Positions 10,631-20,964 of a stretch of 64,000 nucleotides of DNA are shown here, piece by piece (within the stretch, counting starts at the first letter, position 1; the number at the start of each line of letters is the position of its first letter). The DNA is from a bacterium (GTDB lineage Bacteria; Zixibacteria; MSB-5A5; GN15; FEB-12): NCBI GenBank assembly GCA_043819515.1, contig JBDRES010000069.1:35722-99721 (forward strand), read 5' to 3'. The notes beneath the pieces were generated by a model, which saw nothing but the letters and a program-made list of their open reading frames with translations, searched no databases and was not told the DNA's origin. Made by a program: the position numbers and the translations under genes.

Positions 10631-10660
10631 ATTTTGAGTGAAAATGAATGTCGATTTCAT
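10631..10660 (+). promoter_or_regulatory. AT-rich palindromic element overlapping fur start (candidate Fur-box-like operator)
   Basis: ATTTTgagtgAAAAT and ATGAAtgtcgatTTCAT inverted repeats in the only AT-rich patch upstream of or over the fur start. Resemblance to the GATAATGATAATCATTATC consensus is only partial. Confidence 0.25.
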
Positions 10661-11154
10661 CTAAAATGGTAGAAATGCCGACGAACACAGTCGAAAGCAC
10701 TGACCGCATTAAGGAGTTCCTTCGGGGGCGCGGACTAAAAATGACCCCTCAGCGAGAGTTGATTATTAACTCGTTTCTGGAACTTGGCGAGCATGTATCG
10801 GTTGATGAGTTGTATCAAAGGGTTCGCGGCAAGGACAGCTCGGTCGGCTACAGCACCGTCTGGCGCAACCTCAAGCTGATCTGCAGAGTGGGATTGGCCA
10901 CCGAGGTGAACATAGGTGACGGCATCACTCGTTATGATCGCATCACCGAGATCCCGCACGGACACTTCTATTGCCGCCGATGCCGGCGATTTTTGGAGTT
11001 CGACGTGGAGCAGATCGTGGGGCGGCTGAACCGGGAAGCGTCTTCGAAGGGATTCGTCGCCGAGGGCCACAAGATCGAAGTGCAGGGTCTGTGTGCCGAA
11101 TGTCTGGCGGTCGAGTCCGGCGATCAAAAGAACCGTCAACAGGGACTGAGCTAG
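10648..11154 (+). CDS. fur: Fur-family metalloregulator
   Basis: LKMTPQRELIINSFLELGEHVSVDELYQRV (winged-helix DNA-binding region), then HGHFYCRRCRRF...CAECL metal-binding Cys/His motifs. Confidence 0.8.
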   Translation: MSISSKMVEMPTNTVESTDRIKEFLRGRGLKMTPQRELIINSFLELGEHVSVDELYQRVRGKDSSVGYSTVWRNLKLICRVGLATEVNIGDGITRYDRITEIPHGHFYCRRCRRFLEFDVEQIVGRLNREASSKGFVAEGHKIEVQGLCAECLAVESGDQKNRQQGLS

Positions 11155-11195
11155 CACATGTACTATCTTCTTACCAGACCATTAAGGATCACGAC

Positions 11196-11426
11196 ATGAC
11201 ATCATTGGATCGCATGGTTCCCGGTCAAACCGGCGTGGTCGTCGGTTATGCAGATGATTCACCGGTTGCCCGGCGGCTGATGGAGATGGGCTTGGTGCCC
11301 GGTCGTTCGGTGATTTACATGCGCCAGGCGCCCCTTCATGATCCCCTCGAGGTGAAGATAGGCAGCAGCTTTCTTTCGTTGCGGCGTTCCGAGGCTTCGC
11401 TGGTAGCGGTCGAGGTTGACGAGTGA
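11196..11426 (+). CDS. feoA: Ferrous iron transport protein A (FeoA, SH3-like)
   Basis: 76 aa, MTSLDRMVPGQTGVVVGY...GLVPGRSVIYMRQAPLHDPLEVKIGSSFLSLRRSEASLV. RBS AAGGA sits 6 nt upstream of ATG 11196. The track ORF from 10971 is a spurious N-terminal extension that overlaps fur. Confidence 0.8.
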   Translation: MTSLDRMVPGQTGVVVGYADDSPVARRLMEMGLVPGRSVIYMRQAPLHDPLEVKIGSSFLSLRRSEASLVAVEVDE

Positions 11427-11441
11427 GATTGCTGGATTTTG

Positions 11442-13865
11442 ATGAGACCAACCTCCCCCAAATCATCTGGTGTCACCTACCGCTCTATTGCTATTTGCGG
11501 CAATCCTAACAGCGGCAAAACAACCATTTTCAATGCCATCACCGGTCTCAGCCAGAAGGTAGGCAACTATCCGGGGGTGACAGTCGAAAAAGTGGTCGGG
11601 CAGTTCAGCTTGGACGACGACCGTCGCTACGAACTTGTCGACATTCCGGGGACCTATTCTCTTTCGGCCTTTTCGCCTGATGAATACATAGCTGCTTCGG
11701 CTCTTTACGGCGGGATTGATTGCGAACGATTGCCCGACGCCCTCATCTGTGTCGTTGATGCCACCAACCTGGAGCGCGGATTGTACCTGGTGCAACAGAT
11801 TCTCCAGGTCGGGCGGCCTATGGTCGTGGCTCTGAATATGAGCGATGTGGCCCAGCGGCGGGGAATCAGAATCGACACCAACAAGCTCACTCAGGCGCTC
11901 GGCGGCATTCCAGTGGTAGCCGTGGTCGGCAATCGCCGCCGCGGCATCGACCTCTTAAAGGCGACGGCCGCAGCCCAGGCTGACGGCCGTCAGATGCATA
12001 CGTGCCACGCTTATGACCCTGATACTGAGCAACTAATTGACGAACTACAATTGCTCAACGGCGCCCGCACCAGAACCCGCGCCGAATACTTGCGCATCAC
12101 CCTTGATGTCGACGGACCGGCCGAACGAAAGTTTATTGCTGAAGTGGCGTCGCGTGAAGTCGGACCGGATCAGGTCACGGACGTTTTGGCCGAAGGACGA
12201 GCACGGATACGGAAGCGGTTTGGAACGCTCTCTGCTGCCGAGACGATGATCCTCACGCGCCGGGCATCCGAGATCAGCCGGGAAATACAGACCGACGTCA
12301 AGAGTGCCAAGCCGACCCGTTCGGAAGTCATCGATCGTTTCTTGCTGCACCCGGTGTTGGGGCCGATTCTGCTGGTCTTGATGATGACGATTGTCTTCCA
12401 GTCGATCTTCAGTTGGGCCGAGCCCTTCATGAATTTGATCGACGCCGGCTTCGGATCGCTGGCCGAGGCTGTCGGACGGGTTATGGCGCCGGGGCCGCTG
12501 AAGTCGCTGGTGACCGATGGCATTGTTGGCGGCGTCGGCTCAGTGCTGATCTTCCTGCCGCAGATTGCCATCCTGTTCATGTTTATCGCGTTGCTTGAGG
12601 ATTCCGGCTATATGGCCAGGGCCGCCTTCCTGGTGGACCGCATGTTCCGTTGGTGCGGACTGTCGGGTAAGTCATTCATTCCCATGCTGTCATCGTTTGC
12701 CTGCGCGATTCCGGGAATCATGGCTACTCGGACAATTGAGGATCGCAAGCTCCGCTTCATCACCATTATGGTCGCGCCGCTGATGACCTGTTCGGCGCGA
12801 CTGCCGGTTTATGCTATCATGATCGCGGCGTTCGTCCCACACCAGACCTACCTGGGTTTGTTCAACTTACAGGGCATGACACTCACGCTGCTATATCTAC
12901 TCGGCATCCTGGTGGCGGTGGCGGTTTCGTTTGTCTTGCAAAAGACCATCTTCAAAACCGAGCGCGGGACCTTCATCATGGAGATGCCCTCGTACAAGAT
13001 CCCGACGCTCTCTTCGGTGCTGGTGCGGGTAGCCAACCGTGTCAAGTCGTTCTTGATGCGGGCCGGGACGGTTATCTTTGCCATCACGATCATCATCTGG
13101 GCCCTGAGCTACTATCCACATTCCGATAACATCGCGCGGGATTTTGCCCGGCAGCGGCAAGCGGCCGAAGAGAATTACACGGCTTCCCTGGCCGAACTTG
13201 GTCTGGCCCGGGAGCAGCTGCTGGCCGAGAATGCGGATGCGACCCGGCGTGCCGAGGTTTTGGCCGCTGCTCTGGGTGCGCTTGGAACGCAAGAGGAGAT
13301 TCTTCGGGTGGCTGCTGACGCGGCCGACCTTCCGGCCGATATCGCCGGAGTCGTTGCCGCCGTGCCCCTGTTGCGGCTACAATATGAGGCCGAACTTAGC
13401 GAGTTATCCAATAATGCCGCCGGGACCTTCATTCGCGACTCCTATTTTGCCCGTGTCGGGCAGGCTATCGAGCCGGTCTTCCATCCCTTGGGCTGGGATT
13501 GGCGCGTCACTATGGCGGTCATGGCTTCATTCCCGGCGCGCGAGGTCATCATCGCCACCCTGGGGACTATTTTCAACCTGGGGACTGATTCCGGGGCGGA
13601 GTCGACCACGTTGGTCGAGAAAATGCGGCAGGCTACCTGGGAATCAGGGCCGCGTCAGGGAGAGCCTCTTTTCTCCCCGGCCGTGGCTTTGTCGATTGTT
13701 GTCTTCTTTGCTTTGTGTTGCCAGTGCGGGGCGACCCTGGTTACAATCAAACATGAAACCAACAGCTGGTATATTCCCATCTGGGTGTTTTTGTACATGA
13801 CCTCGTTGGCATACGTACTTGGAGTGGCTGTCTACCAGGTTTTCAAACACGGGGGTCTGGGATGA
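11442..13865 (+). CDS. feoB: Ferrous iron transporter B (FeoB), GTPase + permease
   Basis: G1 motif IAICGNPNSGKTTIFN, G-domain DIPGTYSL, then a gate/permease region of about 10 TM helices. ATG at 11442 (TTG 11439 is the alternative start). Confidence 0.9.
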   Translation: MRPTSPKSSGVTYRSIAICGNPNSGKTTIFNAITGLSQKVGNYPGVTVEKVVGQFSLDDDRRYELVDIPGTYSLSAFSPDEYIAASALYGGIDCERLPDALICVVDATNLERGLYLVQQILQVGRPMVVALNMSDVAQRRGIRIDTNKLTQALGGIPVVAVVGNRRRGIDLLKATAAAQADGRQMHTCHAYDPDTEQLIDELQLLNGARTRTRAEYLRITLDVDGPAERKFIAEVASREVGPDQVTDVLAEGRARIRKRFGTLSAAETMILTRRASEISREIQTDVKSAKPTRSEVIDRFLLHPVLGPILLVLMMTIVFQSIFSWAEPFMNLIDAGFGSLAEAVGRVMAPGPLKSLVTDGIVGGVGSVLIFLPQIAILFMFIALLEDSGYMARAAFLVDRMFRWCGLSGKSFIPMLSSFACAIPGIMATRTIEDRKLRFITIMVAPLMTCSARLPVYAIMIAAFVPHQTYLGLFNLQGMTLTLLYLLGILVAVAVSFVLQKTIFKTERGTFIMEMPSYKIPTLSSVLVRVANRVKSFLMRAGTVIFAITIIIWALSYYPHSDNIARDFARQRQAAEENYTASLAELGLAREQLLAENADATRRAEVLAAALGALGTQEEILRVAADAADLPADIAGVVAAVPLLRLQYEAELSELSNNAAGTFIRDSYFARVGQAIEPVFHPLGWDWRVTMAVMASFPAREVIIATLGTIFNLGTDSGAESTTLVEKMRQATWESGPRQGEPLFSPAVALSIVVFFALCCQCGATLVTIKHETNSWYIPIWVFLYMTSLAYVLGVAVYQVFKHGGLG

Positions 13866-14047
13866 GCATCGCCGCGCAGGACATAGTCATCGCGGCCATT
13901 GTGATTGCCGCCGCCGGCTATTTGTTGGTTATGTGGATGCGACGGAGGCGCCGGCGATCCTCGTGTGAGGACTGCGCCTGCGGACTCAAACGTATTCACG
14001 ACCATACGGGGCGATCATCAACGGATCCTAAGTCGTCAGCGTCGTGA
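13862..14047 (+). CDS. FeoB-associated Cys-rich small membrane protein
   Basis: 61 aa with one TM helix (IVIAAIVIAAAGYLLV), an Arg-rich stretch and a CEDCAC motif. Its start overlaps the feoB stop (ATGA). Confidence 0.55.
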   Translation: MSIAAQDIVIAAIVIAAAGYLLVMWMRRRRRRSSCEDCACGLKRIHDHTGRSSTDPKSSAS

Positions 14048-14056
14048 GGGACGAGC

Positions 14057-14860
14057 ATGACACGGAATGCAGCCATAATTCTCGGTCAGTATCGGCCGCT
14101 GGATTCTTATCTTCATCGGCTGGACGCCCGCAGCAAGATAATACCTGTCTTGTGCGTACTGGTTTTGGCGCTGCTGACACACTCACTCTATTTTTACATT
14201 AGCTTGCTGGTGTTGTTGGGCGGGGCGTTGCTGAACGCCGGTGTAGGTGTCCGCAACTTGCTGACCAATCTGCGTCCCATCGGCATTCTGGTTACTATCA
14301 CCATGCTCTACCACCTGGTATTCTCGGGCGCCGGTGGTGACATCCTCTGGCAGTTGGGCTCTCTCACAGTTACTTCCGGAGGTTTGTCCAACGCGGCCTT
14401 CTTCTCGTTACGTCTGCTTCTGTTTGTGGCTGTAGCTTTCCTGATTACGCTGACCAACTCACCATCGGAACTGGCCGAAGCTTTCGGCCGCACTATGGCT
14501 CCGCTGGCCAGGTTGGGATTGCCGGTCGGGGAATTGGCGATGATTTTGTTTATTGCGATCAGGTTCATTCCGATTTTGCATCAGGAGTTTGTTGTTATCC
14601 GTAATGCCCAGCGAATTCGAGGCGTGGATTTCTCCGGCTCCTGGCTGTCGCGTTTGCGTCGCACCTCGGCTATCATCGTACCGGTTTTTATGGCGGCCAG
14701 TCAGCGAGCCGATGAGCTGGCTTTGGCTATCGAGGCACGCGGTTATGACGGCCGTCGACCGCGAACGGCATACTCCCGTTCCCGCTTTGGTGCTCAGGAG
14801 TGGCTCTTCACCGCCTCGGTCAGTGCCGGGGTGCTGGTGCTGTTTTTTGTCAGCAAATGA
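14057..14860 (+). CDS. ecfT: Energy-coupling-factor transporter transmembrane component EcfT (CbiQ family)
   Basis: 5-6 TM helices and a conserved C-terminal AxxxEARGY motif (LALAIEARGYDG). No ecfA or ecfS genes are adjacent. Confidence 0.7.
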   Translation: MTRNAAIILGQYRPLDSYLHRLDARSKIIPVLCVLVLALLTHSLYFYISLLVLLGGALLNAGVGVRNLLTNLRPIGILVTITMLYHLVFSGAGGDILWQLGSLTVTSGGLSNAAFFSLRLLLFVAVAFLITLTNSPSELAEAFGRTMAPLARLGLPVGELAMILFIAIRFIPILHQEFVVIRNAQRIRGVDFSGSWLSRLRRTSAIIVPVFMAASQRADELALAIEARGYDGRRPRTAYSRSRFGAQEWLFTASVSAGVLVLFFVSK

Positions 14861-15630
14861 AAGAACGAAATATCAAATTGGTCGTCGAGTACGATGGTAC
14901 CGCCTATGCCGGCTGGCAGATTCAGCCGGGTCAGTCGACGATCCAGGGGCAGTTGACACAGGCGATCAAGAATGTCACCGGCCAGGATGTCAAGGTGATC
15001 GGGGCCGGACGAACCGATGCCGGTGTACACGCCATTGGGCAAGTCGCCAATTTCCGAATCCAACACAGTCTGCCCGGCGAGCGCTTTGCACCGGCGGTCA
15101 ATTATTATCTGGCGCCTGATATCCGGGTGCAGACTTCGGTGGATGTCCCTTGGGAATTCCACGCTCGCTTTGATGCTCTGTCCAAGCGGTATCGCTACTT
15201 GATCGGACCGGCCGGATCAGCCTTGTATCGTCACCGCCGATGGTGTCAGACGGGCGCTCTCGACTTCGAGAAACTAACGGCGGCGGCCGGTATGCTGCTC
15301 GGCGAGCATGATTTCGCGCCGTTTTGTGTGGTTTCGAGTCTCAAAGAGGACAATCGCTGCCGTATCGAGCATTCCCGTTGGTTCCGCCTGGGGCCGCTTC
15401 TGATATTCGAAATACGCGGCAACCGATTCCTGCACAACATGGTACGAAGCCTGGTCGGCGGCATGGTCAATTTGGCCACCAACCGACCAACAGATAACAT
15501 CCAGAACTTGACTCTTGAGAGCTTTCAGGATATTATTAAATCCCCTGAGGGACAAAGAGTTGTGTTTACCGCGCCGGCAGCCGGGCTATACCTGGTTTCG
15601 GTCAAATATAGAGAAGGAAAAAGCCAATGA
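14857..15630 (+). CDS. truA: tRNA pseudouridine(38-40) synthase TruA
   Basis: [19 protein letters not shown]...[18 protein letters not shown], with the catalytic Asp in the RTDAGVHA motif. ATG 14857 overlaps the ecfT stop (ATGA). The track start at 14800 is an in-frame upstream extension. Confidence 0.85.
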   Translation: MKERNIKLVVEYDGTAYAGWQIQPGQSTIQGQLTQAIKNVTGQDVKVIGAGRTDAGVHAIGQVANFRIQHSLPGERFAPAVNYYLAPDIRVQTSVDVPWEFHARFDALSKRYRYLIGPAGSALYRHRRWCQTGALDFEKLTAAAGMLLGEHDFAPFCVVSSLKEDNRCRIEHSRWFRLGPLLIFEIRGNRFLHNMVRSLVGGMVNLATNRPTDNIQNLTLESFQDIIKSPEGQRVVFTAPAAGLYLVSVKYREGKSQ

Positions 15631-16274
15631 AGATTTTCATCGATACGGCCAACCTGGATGAAATCAAATCCGCAGCCGAAATGGGTGTGCTTGACGGTGT
15701 CACCACCAATCCGTCGCTGGCGGCCAAAGAAAAACGTCCCTACAAAGAACTGCTGGCCGATATCTGCAGGGTGGTCGAGGGTCCGGTTTCGGCCGAGGTT
15801 TTTGCGACCGATCATGACGGTATGATAAAGGAAGCCGAGGTGCTGGCGGCGATTGCCGATAATATCGTCATCAAGATCCCGGCTATTGTTGAAGGATTGA
15901 AAGCGATTCGCACTCTGACCGATCGCAATATCAAGACCAATGCCACCCTGGTGTTTTCACCCAGCCAGGCGTTATTGGTGGCCAAGGCCGGAGCCTCTTA
16001 CGTGTCGCCATTTGTTGGTCGACTGGATGATATTTCGTCCGATGGCATGGACTTGATCAGTCGCATTTGCACGATCTACAGCAACTATGTGTACGAGACC
16101 GAAGTATTGGTGGCCTCGGCGCGCCATCCCATGCACCTGGTCGAGAGCGCGCTGATGGGTGCTGACGTGGTCACCGTGCCTTACGATGTAATTACTAAAC
16201 TGATGAAGCACCCCCTGACCGATATCGGTCTGGAGAAGTTTTTGGCCGATGCCAAGAAAGTGCCGCAGAGCTGA
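15627..16274 (+). CDS. tal: Transaldolase / fructose-6-phosphate aldolase family (type 3B)
   Basis: [14 protein letters not shown]...GVTTNPSL, about 215 aa, which matches the short Tal/FSA subfamily. Overlaps the truA stop. Confidence 0.8.
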   Translation: MKIFIDTANLDEIKSAAEMGVLDGVTTNPSLAAKEKRPYKELLADICRVVEGPVSAEVFATDHDGMIKEAEVLAAIADNIVIKIPAIVEGLKAIRTLTDRNIKTNATLVFSPSQALLVAKAGASYVSPFVGRLDDISSDGMDLISRICTIYSNYVYETEVLVASARHPMHLVESALMGADVVTVPYDVITKLMKHPLTDIGLEKFLADAKKVPQS

Positions 16275-17569
16275 TGATTAGTCGTTATACGCTGCCCGAA
16301 ATGGGCGCGCTCTGGACCGATGAGGCCAAGTACCGGTCCTGGCTGGAAGTAGAAATCGAGGCTGCGCGCGCTATGGCTCGTGGCGGAATCATTCCTTCGA
16401 AGGCGTTCAAAGTGATCGAAAAAAAGGCGGCTTTTGATGTCGCTCGTATCGACGCCATCGAAGCCGAGGTCAATCATGATGTTATCGCCTTTCTGACCTC
16501 GGTAGCCGAGTTTGTCGGGGAGGAGGCCAAGTATCTTCACTTTGGAATGACTTCATCCGATGTGCTCGATACGGCACTATCGCTCAATATCAAACGTGCC
16601 TCGGCTATCATCGATAAGAAGGTCACCAAGGCCCTGGCCGCTATAAAAAAACTGGCCCTTAAGTACCAGCTGACTCCGTGTATGGGACGGACCCATGGCG
16701 TTCTGGCCGAGCCGATGACGGTCGGCCTCAAGTTTGCTGTTTGGTACAGCGAGCTGCAGCGGCGCCAGAAGACCTTCAGAACTGCAGCCGAATCAGTGGC
16801 GGTCGGCAAGATTTCGGGTGCCGTCGGGAATTTTGCCAATCTGGATCCCGTCATTGAGGCGGCCGTGTGTCGCAAGCTGGGACTGACGCCGGCTCCGGTG
16901 TCCACTCAGGTAGTGCAGCGTGATCGACATGCCGAGTTTCTGACGTCGCTGGCTCTGATGGGGTCGTCCATCGAGAAATTCGCCACCGAGGTCCGCTCGC
17001 TGCAGCGTACCGAGATCGGGGAGATGGCCGAGGGATTCAGTAAGAATCAAAAGGGTTCTTCGGCTATGCCGCACAAGAAGAATCCGATCACGGCCGAGCG
17101 GCTGACCGGGATTGCGCGCCTGTTGCGCGGCTATTCCATCTCGGCTATGGAAAATATCCCGCTCTGGGGTGAGCGAGATATCGCCCATTCGTCGGTCGAG
17201 CGGGTGATCATCCCCGATGCGACTATCATCATCGACTACGGTCTGCAGAAATTCATCGATTTGCTGCGTGGTTTGGTTATCAACGAAAAGCGCATGATGG
17301 AGAATATTTTCTACCGCGGTGGGGTGGTCTTTTCGCAACGATTGCTGCTTCGACTAACCGGGCCGGTAGGCTCCCGCGAAGTTGCTTATCGAATTGTGCA
17401 GCGTAATGCTATGGCCGCTTCGGAGGGGAAAGGGTTGTTCAGGGAGTTGGTCAAGCACGATCCTGAAGTACGCCGGCATCTTGGTGAGGCTGAGATCGAT
17501 CGTTGTTTTGATTTGGAGTATTATACTAAGAACGTGGGTAAGATATTCAAGCGGGTCTTTGGGCAATGA
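16274..17569 (+). CDS. purB: Adenylosuccinate lyase
   Basis: [11 protein letters not shown]-terminus and the fumarate-lyase signature GSSAMPHKKNP. Confidence 0.9.
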   Translation: MISRYTLPEMGALWTDEAKYRSWLEVEIEAARAMARGGIIPSKAFKVIEKKAAFDVARIDAIEAEVNHDVIAFLTSVAEFVGEEAKYLHFGMTSSDVLDTALSLNIKRASAIIDKKVTKALAAIKKLALKYQLTPCMGRTHGVLAEPMTVGLKFAVWYSELQRRQKTFRTAAESVAVGKISGAVGNFANLDPVIEAAVCRKLGLTPAPVSTQVVQRDRHAEFLTSLALMGSSIEKFATEVRSLQRTEIGEMAEGFSKNQKGSSAMPHKKNPITAERLTGIARLLRGYSISAMENIPLWGERDIAHSSVERVIIPDATIIIDYGLQKFIDLLRGLVINEKRMMENIFYRGGVVFSQRLLLRLTGPVGSREVAYRIVQRNAMAASEGKGLFRELVKHDPEVRRHLGEAEIDRCFDLEYYTKNVGKIFKRVFGQ

Positions 17570-18267
17570 TAGCACGCGAAGGGCTGACTCTCATCCTGAC
17601 CGGCGCCGCCATCACGGCGGTGCTTCTGCTGGCCGCGGTGCGCTGGGATAGCCTCATCCTGGCGTCGTTGGCCGGAGTCTTTGCCCTCTTGAGCGTCTTT
17701 ACGACATTTTTCTTTCGCGACCCGCCCCGTGACATTTCATCGCAGCCGGATGTTTTGGTAGCACCGGCCGATGGCCGCATCCTGGCCATTGATTCTTTGG
17801 CCCATCATGATTACATCGGGGGCGAGACGATAAAGATCTCGATCTTCTTATCCGTTTTTGATGTTCACATCAATCGCATCCCGACGGCCGGAGTGATTGA
17901 TTTTGCCGAATTTCACCCTGGAGCGTTCTTTAGTGCTTTCAAGGATGAAGCCTCGCGAGACAACCAGCATTCGGAGATTGGGATGGTTGCCACGGGCGGC
18001 CATCGGATAGTTGTCAAACAGATCACCGGATCGATCGCGCGGCGGATCATCTACCATCTCAAACCGGGGCAGAAGGTAGCCACCGGCGAACGGTTTGGTC
18101 TTATTCGATTCGGCTCTCGGACGGAGTTGTTTGTACCGGTCGGGAGCGATATAGAAATCAAAGTTGGTGACAAAGTAAAGGGTGGCCTGACCATAATCGG
18201 CCGCTTGCCGGAGGCACAAGTCGATGAGACGCAGACAACCGCACTCGGACAGGATCGCCAGTTATAG
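17566..18267 (+). CDS. psd: Phosphatidylserine decarboxylase proenzyme (archaeal/short type)
   Basis: N-terminal TM helices and the F-G-S-R-T self-cleavage region (IRFGSRTELFVP). Sits in the same operon as pssA. Confidence 0.75.
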   Translation: MIAREGLTLILTGAAITAVLLLAAVRWDSLILASLAGVFALLSVFTTFFFRDPPRDISSQPDVLVAPADGRILAIDSLAHHDYIGGETIKISIFLSVFDVHINRIPTAGVIDFAEFHPGAFFSAFKDEASRDNQHSEIGMVATGGHRIVVKQITGSIARRIIYHLKPGQKVATGERFGLIRFGSRTELFVPVGSDIEIKVGDKVKGGLTIIGRLPEAQVDETQTTALGQDRQL

Positions 18268-19018
18268 AGGGATCTTCCCCGGCACTTTCACCATGGGCAA
18301 TGTTGTCTGTGGCTTTTTGTCGATCCTGTCGGCGTTTGAAGGCAATGTCACCACCGCCTGTTGGCTCATAGTCCTGGCCGCTTTTTTGGACGCTTTGGAC
18401 GGCAAAATCGCGCGACTGTCCGGGGGAACCTCGCAGTTTGGGGTAGAGCTTGATTCGCTGGCCGACGTTATGTCTTTTGGAGTCGCGCCGGCCGTGCTGG
18501 TTTATACCGTCAAGCTTAGTAGCATGGGCAAGTGGGGCTGGTTGATCGCCGTCGTCTACCTGATGGCCGCCTCTTACCGCCTGGCCCGTTTTAACCTGCT
18601 GGCCAGCACCGAGGAGAAGAAGGACTTTGTGGGACTGCCGGTTCCGGTGGCAGCCATAACATTGGTCGGCTATGTCATATTTTGCTATCACCTCTGGGGC
18701 GAAGTGCAGTACAGTCAGTGGCTGGTGTCGATGATTGTGCTGTTCGCCTTCCTCATGGTGTCGCAGGTGGAATACGAGACCCTCCCCGAACGGTTCTCCT
18801 CTCGCAAGAGCCGCATTAATCTGCTGATTCTCCTGGTCGCCGGGGCCGCCCTCCTGGCCAGTCCAAGACTGTTGTTGTTTCCCATATGTGCGGCCTATAT
18901 ATTGAATGGCATGATTCGGGAATTGTACCGCTTATTCAGTCGGGGTGTCGATCGTGTAGCTATGCGGTCGAATCACTCTCACGGAATTGATGATAGGAAA
19001 ACAGAGGATGAGCAATAA
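18224..19018 (+). CDS. pssA: CDP-diacylglycerol--serine O-phosphatidyltransferase (CDP-alcohol phosphatidyltransferase family)
   Basis: FTMGNVVCGFLSI...DALDGKIARL...GVELDSLADV (the D-G-x2-A-R...G-x3-D-x3-D motif). Multi-TM protein. Confidence 0.75.
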   Translation: MRRRQPHSDRIASYRGIFPGTFTMGNVVCGFLSILSAFEGNVTTACWLIVLAAFLDALDGKIARLSGGTSQFGVELDSLADVMSFGVAPAVLVYTVKLSSMGKWGWLIAVVYLMAASYRLARFNLLASTEEKKDFVGLPVPVAAITLVGYVIFCYHLWGEVQYSQWLVSMIVLFAFLMVSQVEYETLPERFSSRKSRINLLILLVAGAALLASPRLLLFPICAAYILNGMIRELYRLFSRGVDRVAMRSNHSHGIDDRKTEDEQ

Positions 19019-19259
19019 CCAAAAGGCGACTGTCTACGTAAAGCTAAAGGAAGGAGTCCTCGACCCCCAGGGAGTGACCATTCAGAAAGCCCTGGTTCAG
19101 ATGGGGTATGATGAATTCCTTAGCGTGCGTACGGGTAAGTTTTTCGAACTCGAAATCAGGGCTGATGCTGCCGATTTTGAGGAGAAGGTCAGGGAAGTGA
19201 GTAGTAAGTTGCTTTCCAACCCGGTCGTAGAATCGTTTGAAGTGGAGCAGGCGCAGTGA
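19008..19259 (+). CDS. purS: Phosphoribosylformylglycinamidine synthase subunit PurS
   Basis: About 84 aa, [47 protein letters not shown] 19008 with an AGGAAAACAGAGG RBS. Confidence 0.8.
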   Translation: MSNNQKATVYVKLKEGVLDPQGVTIQKALVQMGYDEFLSVRTGKFFELEIRADAADFEEKVREVSSKLLSNPVVESFEVEQAQ

Positions 19260-19969
19260 AAGTCGGCGTTGTTACTTTTCCCGGTTCCAACTGTGACTAT
19301 GACGCTTACGCGGCGGTCAGGCATGTGTTGGGCGAAGAGGTCGATTTTCTTTGGCACAAATCATCGGAGTTGGGCAATCCCGATCTGGTGGTTTTGCCGG
19401 GCGGTTTCTCCTATGGCGATTATCTTCGGGCCGGAGCCATCGCGCGTTTTTCTCCGATAATGGAAAAAGTCATCGAGTATGCCAATAGCGGCGGCCGTGT
19501 CATAGGTATTTGCAACGGTTTCCAGGTGCTTACCGAATGCGGCCTTTTGCCGGGGGCTTTGATGCGCAACCGCAGCTTGCGATTCTCCTGCAAATTCGTC
19601 CATCTGAAGGTTGAGAATTGCCGCACCGATTTTACCAATGCCTGCCGACCCGGCGAACTGCTCAGGATTCCGATCGCGCACGGTGAGGGCAACTATTACC
19701 ACTATGACGGCGACATCCGGCGTCTGGAAGATGATGGTCAGGTGGTGTTTCGCTATGTAGATGGTCGTGGTCGTGCCAGTGAGGAGGCCAATCCCAACGG
19801 CTCGATCAACAATATCGCCGGGATCTGCAATCGGGCCGGTAATGTTTTGGGCATGATGCCTCATCCGGAGCGAGCGGTCGAAGAGATTCTGGGTTCGGCC
19901 GATGGCCTCAAAGTATTTCAATCAGTGCAGGCGGTTTGTAGCACGCCGGCCGGAGCAGAGCAGCTGTGA
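19256..19969 (+). CDS. purQ: Phosphoribosylformylglycinamidine synthase I (glutaminase subunit PurQ)
   Basis: [25 protein letters not shown] (catalytic Cys), HPER. Confidence 0.9.
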   Translation: MKVGVVTFPGSNCDYDAYAAVRHVLGEEVDFLWHKSSELGNPDLVVLPGGFSYGDYLRAGAIARFSPIMEKVIEYANSGGRVIGICNGFQVLTECGLLPGALMRNRSLRFSCKFVHLKVENCRTDFTNACRPGELLRIPIAHGEGNYYHYDGDIRRLEDDGQVVFRYVDGRGRASEEANPNGSINNIAGICNRAGNVLGMMPHPERAVEEILGSADGLKVFQSVQAVCSTPAGAEQL

Positions 19970-20232
19970 AATCCCGGGAAGTAACTTTTATCGTCACCGC
20001 CCTGATCCTGGGCGCGGTTATGGGTGGTCTGATTGGGGATATCTTGGCAACCTTCCTACCGGAAGGGGCGGCCAAGACAGTTTTCACCAAGAACATTCCG
20101 ATCGGCTTTGATACGGTCAAAGTCGATTTCTACGCCATATCGTTTGTAGTGGGACTGATGGTGAAGATCAACTTCATGTCGGTCCTGGTGGTACTGCTGG
20201 TAATAGTCTATTTCCGATGGTGGTACCTATAA
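19966..20232 (+). CDS. Small two-helix membrane protein (DUF4321-like?)
   Basis: 88 aa with two hydrophobic helices. Overlaps the purQ stop and lies just upstream of tatA. Confidence 0.45.
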   Translation: MKSREVTFIVTALILGAVMGGLIGDILATFLPEGAAKTVFTKNIPIGFDTVKVDFYAISFVVGLMVKINFMSVLVVLLVIVYFRWWYL

Positions 20233-20259
20233 CGCCCTAGCAAGTTCGTGAGGTGTGTC

Positions 20260-20472
20260 ATGTTTGGCATGGGTCCCTGGGAACTACTGGTTATATTTGT
20301 AGTGATTCTCTTGCTCTTTGGCGCCAAGAGACTGCCCGAGATTGCAAAGGGTCTGGGCAAAGGTATACGGGAGTTTAAGTCCGCCGTCAAGGACACGACC
20401 GACGAGATTAAGGGGGCGGTCGACACCGAACCTGAGTCGATGAAGCCAAAATCTCCCGACAAGGACAAGTAG
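20260..20472 (+). CDS. tatA: Sec-independent protein translocase TatA/E
   Basis: [40 protein letters not shown], which is the canonical TatA helix plus amphipathic helix. ATG 20260, preceded by GTGAGGTG. Confidence 0.8.
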   Translation: MFGMGPWELLVIFVVILLLFGAKRLPEIAKGLGKGIREFKSAVKDTTDEIKGAVDTEPESMKPKSPDKDK

Positions 20473-20505
20473 GCGGCCGGTTACGAGATGATAGGATGAG
20501 TTGTT

Positions 20506-20964
20506 ATGGGAGCTAACTTCACGCGAGAGGATGCCGAGCGAATCGGGGATGTGCTCTGTGCCGATACCATCACGTCCGAAGCCGATCATTTCCGGTTGGA
20601 AGTACTCAACACCGAAGAGAAGAGACGATTGGTGCTCCAGCTGTATCCCGAAGCCAACCTGGGCCGTACGCGAGGTATGCTGGTGGTGGTCTATACCGGT
20701 AACACGCATCTACAACTGCATAATTGTACCGGTTTTGTTCTCTCGGATGATCTGGGCGAAGTGACCTTCGTGGCCGAAACCTCCGAGCGTCTGTCGGGCC
20801 TGGTGGTTGAGCGGGGTGCTTCCTGTTCGCTTTATGCGGCTCTAAACCGGGACCTGATTTCATCGGACTTCACGCAGTTGGGAGTCGAGGTGATGCTGTC
20901 CGGGGTGGCCTTGTCTCTGGCTGAAGATATCCTGTCGCCCGGCGGCCCCAAGAAGCCGGAGTGA
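20506..20964 (+). CDS. Hypothetical protein
   Basis: 152-aa ORF in codirectional operon position after tatA. No recognisable motif. Confidence 0.35.
   Translation: MGANFTREDAERIGDVLCADTITSEADHFRLEVLNTEEKRRLVLQLYPEANLGRTRGMLVVVYTGNTHLQLHNCTGFVLSDDLGEVTFVAETSERLSGLVVERGASCSLYAALNRDLISSDFTQLGVEVMLSGVALSLAEDILSPGGPKKPE

Noticed and set aside
10971-11195. N-terminal extension of the feoA ORF (track ORF 10971-11426) overlapping fur
   Set aside because: The FeoA domain begins at the internal ATG 11196, which has an AAGGA RBS. The upstream portion overlaps fur in another frame and is Arg/Gly-rich.
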